Part shown: positions 60,381 through 64,000 of the stretch, piece by piece
Layout of the letters: each line of letters opens with the position of its first letter
Numbering within the stretch: the stretch's first letter is position 1
Source: Candidatus Hydrogenedentota bacterium
GTDB lineage: Bacteria; Hydrogenedentota; Hydrogenedentia; Hydrogenedentales; JAEUWI01
DNA length: 64,000 bases
Assembly: GCA_034669905.1 (NCBI GenBank)
Contig: JAXMOL010000028.1
Span: 28,244-92,243, forward strand
Reading direction: 5' to 3'
Made by a program: the position numbers and the translations under genes
Notes under the pieces: model-generated
Databases searched by the model: none
What the model was told of the DNA's origin: nothing
The model's input: the letters and a program-made list of their open reading frames with translations, nothing else

Positions 60381-61330
60381 GCCTTGTACCCAATCCCGAC
60401 AACATCCGTCTCGCCATGCTCGGCATGGTCGACGGCAACGGACACCCCTACAGCTGGTCGGCCATCATCAATGGCCGTTACGACGCCGACGTCATGGCCG
60501 AATGCGGGTACCCCGTCATCCCCCAATACCTCGGTGCCGCCCCCGAAGGCGCCCTCGGCATCCCCGGCGCCGAAGTCACCCACATCTGGTGTGACGACCC
60601 CATCGATACCGACAAGGTGGCCCGCGCCGCCCTCATCCCCAATCAAGTTGCGAAGGCCGAAGACGTCATCGGACACGTGGATGCCGTCGTCGTCGCCACC
60701 GACCGGGGTTATGAACACGTGGACCGCTGCCGCCCCTTCATCGATGCGGGCCTGCCCATCTTCATCGACAAGCCCATGACCGACAACACCACCGACCTGA
60801 AACAATTCATCGCGTGGCACGAGGCGGGCAAGCCCTTTATGTCCACCAGCGCCCTGGGCTACAGTAAAGAGTTCCGCGCCCTCGACACCCAGTTTGATGC
60901 CGTGGGCGAGCCACGACTCATCACCATCACCATGGCCAAAACCTGGGAGCGCTACGGCATCCACGCCCTCGAAGCCATCTACCCCATGCTGGCTGCCGGT
61001 GGCTACACCACCATATCCCACCGCGGCACCGAGGCGCGCAACCATATGCACCTGACCCATGAATCCGGCGTCGACGTCATGCTCCACGTAATCGACGACC
61101 TCTATGGCGCTTTCGGCCACGTGAGTGTCTTCGGCACCCAGGGCAGCCTCACGGCCAAATTCGAAGATACCTTTTACGCCTTCAAAACCCAACTCGAAGG
61201 CTACGTCGACTACCTGCGCACCGGCACCTCCCCCGTCCCCTTTTCGGAAACCGTCGAGTTGATGAAGATTATCATCGCCGGACTGGAGAGCCGGGCGGCA
61301 GGCGGTATTGCGGTGGACATAGTGGACTAG
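60377..61330 (+). CDS. Gfo/Idh/MocA-like oxidoreductase
   Basis: LGMVDGNGHPYSWS, VDAVVV, FIDKP and YGIHALE motifs. Confidence 0.8.
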   Translation: MSLVPNPDNIRLAMLGMVDGNGHPYSWSAIINGRYDADVMAECGYPVIPQYLGAAPEGALGIPGAEVTHIWCDDPIDTDKVARAALIPNQVAKAEDVIGHVDAVVVATDRGYEHVDRCRPFIDAGLPIFIDKPMTDNTTDLKQFIAWHEAGKPFMSTSALGYSKEFRALDTQFDAVGEPRLITITMAKTWERYGIHALEAIYPMLAAGGYTTISHRGTEARNHMHLTHESGVDVMLHVIDDLYGAFGHVSVFGTQGSLTAKFEDTFYAFKTQLEGYVDYLRTGTSPVPFSETVELMKIIIAGLESRAAGGIAVDIVD

Positions 61331-61431
61331 GTGGACATAGTGGACAATATCGACCGTCCACACCGTCCACACCGTCCACACCGTCCACACCGTCCACACA
61401 ATCCACACCGTCCACACCGTCCACACCGTCC
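61313..61431. repeat. GTGGAC x4 inverted against a tandem 9-mer (ACCGTCCAC, about 9 copies)
   Basis: Read directly from the sequence. One 9-mer is degenerate (ACAATCCAC). Confidence 0.9.
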
Positions 61432-61525
61432 CTGATTCCCCTCCTGGGAGGGGCCAGGGGTGGGTTACTGCCCGAAAGCATTCCCGACCCAGTTTTACCA
61501 AACTCTTCACCAAAGGAAAATCCCC

Positions 61526-62308
61526 ATGTCCCTCAAAATGCGGCCCAGCCGTCTGCTGCGCAAACTCCGCGCCGGACAAATCGCCCATAGCGTCAAACTG
61601 AACTTCACCGATCCCCGTGCCGCCGAAATTGCCGGCCGCTGTGGTGCCGACGCCGTCTGGCTCGATCTCGAACACGTGCCCAACACCCTCCACGACGTGG
61701 AAAATCAGGTCCGTGCCGCGAAAATGCACGACTGTGATTCCATCGTACGCGTCGAACGAGGCAGCTACAGCGACCTCATCCGCCCCCTCGAGATGGATGC
61801 CACCGCCCTCATGGTGCCCCACGTCATGAGTGAAGCCGACGCCAAAGAAATCGCCTGGCGCACCCGCTTTCACCCCATCGGTCGCCGCCCCCTCGATGGC
61901 GGCAACGCCGATGGCGCCTATTGCGGCATCCCCCTGAAAGAATACATCGAACAGGCCAACCGTGAGCGCATGATCATCGTCCAGATCGAAGACCCCGAGG
62001 CCATGGACGAACTCGAAGGCATCTCCGCCGTCGAAGGCATCGACATGATCTTCTTCGGCCCAGGCGACTACAGCCACGCCATCGGCGACCCCGGCAACCT
62101 CAGCCACCCCGAAGTACAAGCCGCCTACAAGCGCGTCGCCGAAGTGGCCCTGAAACACGGCAAGTTCGCCGGTACCGTGGGTCCCGCCGCCATGCTCCAG
62201 TCTTTCGTGGACATGGGCTACCGTTACTTCAACACCGGCGCCGACGTGACCGCCGTCGCCGCCAGCTTCAAAGACGCCGTGGCCCTGGCGGAGAATCTGA
62301 CTATCTAG
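61526..62308 (+). CDS. HpcH/HpaI family class II aldolase
   Basis: WLDLEH, IVRV, LMVPHV, FHPIGRR, VQIED and FFGPGD motifs. Confidence 0.92.
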   Translation: MSLKMRPSRLLRKLRAGQIAHSVKLNFTDPRAAEIAGRCGADAVWLDLEHVPNTLHDVENQVRAAKMHDCDSIVRVERGSYSDLIRPLEMDATALMVPHVMSEADAKEIAWRTRFHPIGRRPLDGGNADGAYCGIPLKEYIEQANRERMIIVQIEDPEAMDELEGISAVEGIDMIFFGPGDYSHAIGDPGNLSHPEVQAAYKRVAEVALKHGKFAGTVGPAAMLQSFVDMGYRYFNTGADVTAVAASFKDAVALAENLTI

Positions 62309-62713
62309 TGGTGTGAATTAGAATTTCGGACATTTAAGTTTGCTTGAGCCTGTGGGGATATTGGGAATAAATTCCCCTCCTGGGAGGGTCGCAGATGCGC
62401 CGTGGCGGATTTCGTCTTCTTTCGGGTATTGACCCACCCCCGGCCCCTCCAAGGAGGGGAGTAGTCCTCAGTTAATTAGGTATTTCAAGTTGCCGTAATA
62501 ATGGCCCATCTGCTTGAATCAAACCACTAGCAGGCTGGCCCTCAAAGAAATCCGTTGGAAAAAGTCTGGAGCTGTTTATGGTACTCAATCCATTTGATGT
62601 CAGGCGTGCCACGCGATCCCGAGGTACGAGGGTTCGTGCGCTTGGAATCTGCGCGTCAGCGGCTGCCGTCACGGTGCAAACCATTTCGGTGTTGCCCTGA
62701 CGCCACCTTCATT

Positions 62714-62805
62714 CAAAGGCCAACGGCCTGTCAACATACCAGCATGGGGCGAAGCCCCATGTTTCCAGACAGAATCAAACGATAGAGGGCTGTAGGCCCG
62801 CTCCA
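62714..62805. repeat. REP-like element (AGGCCAACGGCCT / CATGGGGCGAAGCCCCATG / GGGCTGTAGGCCC hairpins)
   Basis: Three short palindromes in series. Only one copy occurs in the window. Confidence 0.45.
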
Positions 62806-62874
62806 GAAATATTCGCAACAACGCCTATCGGAACCCAATAGCCAACAATTCCATCAACCTTGGAGATACCATCC

Positions 62875-63660
62875 ATGAGCATTCTCGACACCTTTTCCCT
62901 CGACGGTAAAACCGCCCTCATCACCGGTGGCGCGGGCATCGTCGGCAAGCAGATTGTCCGTGCCCTCGTCGAAGCCGGTGCCCACACCTATGTGGCCTCC
63001 CGCAACCTCGCCTCCCTCGAAGAGCTGGCCCAGGAATTCGCCAAAGAAGGCCTCACCATCCACCCCCGCCAACTCGATCAGGCCGACGAAGGCTCCATCC
63101 ACATCCTCCGCGATGCCATCGTCGCCGAGCAGGGCACCTTGGAAGTCCTGGTCAACAACGCCGTGCTTCGCCCCATGAAAGACGGCTACCAGGATACGGC
63201 CGAAAGTTTCGACGCGAGCATGAAGGTAAACGCCACCGGCCTCTTCCTCCTCACCCGCGCCATGGGCGACGTCATGGCCCAGCACGGCGACGGCTCCATC
63301 ATCAACGTGGGCTCCATGATGGGCATGATCGGCCCCGAGCCCGCCAACTATGCGAACACCGACATGAGCGGCTGGTATCCCGACTACTTTTTCCACAAAG
63401 GCGGCATGATCAACTTCACCCGTTTCATCGCCAGCTACTACGGCGACAAAAACATCCGCTGCAATTGCCTCTCCCCCGGCGGCTTCCAGACCGACAACCA
63501 CCCCGAAGTTTTCGTGCGCCAATACAACGAACGCACCTGCCTCGGCCGCATGGCGAACGCCTCCGACATGATGGGCAGCGTGGTCTTCCTCGCAAGCGAC
63601 GCCTCCCGCTATCTCACCGGAACCAACATCCCCGTCGACGGCGGCTACACGGCAAAATAG
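62875..63660 (+). CDS. Short-chain dehydrogenase/reductase (PtmA-like subfamily)
   Basis: TGGAGIVG, LVNNA, YFFHK (YxxxK), NCLSPGG and VDGGYT motifs. Confidence 0.9.
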   Translation: MSILDTFSLDGKTALITGGAGIVGKQIVRALVEAGAHTYVASRNLASLEELAQEFAKEGLTIHPRQLDQADEGSIHILRDAIVAEQGTLEVLVNNAVLRPMKDGYQDTAESFDASMKVNATGLFLLTRAMGDVMAQHGDGSIINVGSMMGMIGPEPANYANTDMSGWYPDYFFHKGGMINFTRFIASYYGDKNIRCNCLSPGGFQTDNHPEVFVRQYNERTCLGRMANASDMMGSVVFLASDASRYLTGTNIPVDGGYTAK

Positions 63661-63666
63661 CAACAC

Positions 63667-64000
63667 GGGGACTGCACCGACATCGCAAACCCTACCCCAC
63701 AAACACCAACCCCGTGGCCCACAAAGTCACCACGCAGGAAGCACGACCAATAAGACAGTCGGGGCCGTCCCGGGGACTGCACCGACGTCGCCAAATACAC
63801 CCCACAAACACCGGTCCCGTGGCCCACAATTTCACCACGCAGTAAGCACGACAAATCTGCCAGTCGGGGCTGTCCCCCTCCCAAGAGAGGGGGACAGCCC
63901 CGACTAACACGTGTTCTACCCATACTCACCAACCACCATCTCGCCAAGACGGGCACTACACCACCTCAAAAACAAGACGTCGGGGCACTCCCCGGGGGAC
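63667..64000. repeat. Second array of 104-106-bp inverted-repeat-bounded units (continues past the window)
   Basis: Units at 63667-63771, 63772-63877 and 63890-63993. The next unit begins at about 63995. Confidence 0.88.

Noticed and set aside
62472..62684. 70-aa minus-strand ORF in an AT-richer intergenic patch
   Set aside because: No RBS or motif support, and it is wedged between REP-like elements. It may be a remnant but cannot be supported.

Overview
GC-rich bacterial chromosome segment. The gene content (Hanks kinase-WD40, DUF1559-type pilin motif, many sugar-active enzymes) suggests a PVC- or Hydrogenedentota-like organism, which is inference only. It holds about 45 CDS: two Ser/Thr kinases, dispersed surface-polysaccharide genes (GT2/GT4, rfbC, O-antigen-ligase-TPR, Wzz, Wzx), glycan-degrading enzymes (GH38, heparinase II/III-like, beta-helix, GHL10-like) and pfkA. 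A divergent amino-sugar catabolic locus of about 18 kb with a GntR regulator occupies 45333-63660. I found no rRNA, tRNA, CRISPR array, integrase or transposase. The most notable observations are: (1) an orphan 65-aa gene that joins a double-glycine export leader to the type IV pilin/DUF1559 helix motif IGLLLPAVQKVREAAR, with its own sigma54-type promoter and candidate enhancer repeats; (2) an in-frame uridine kinase-dipeptidase E fusion; (3) a 1.5-kb islet bracketed by a 165-bp duplication of the pfkA 3' end; (4) a palindromic MITE-like element in three copies, two of which flank the wzz-wzx-GT4 cassette; (5) arrays of 104-106-bp inverted-repeat-bounded units in the same A-A-B-A order at two loci, among many other REP-like families. 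All family assignments come from motif recognition by eye, not database searches.
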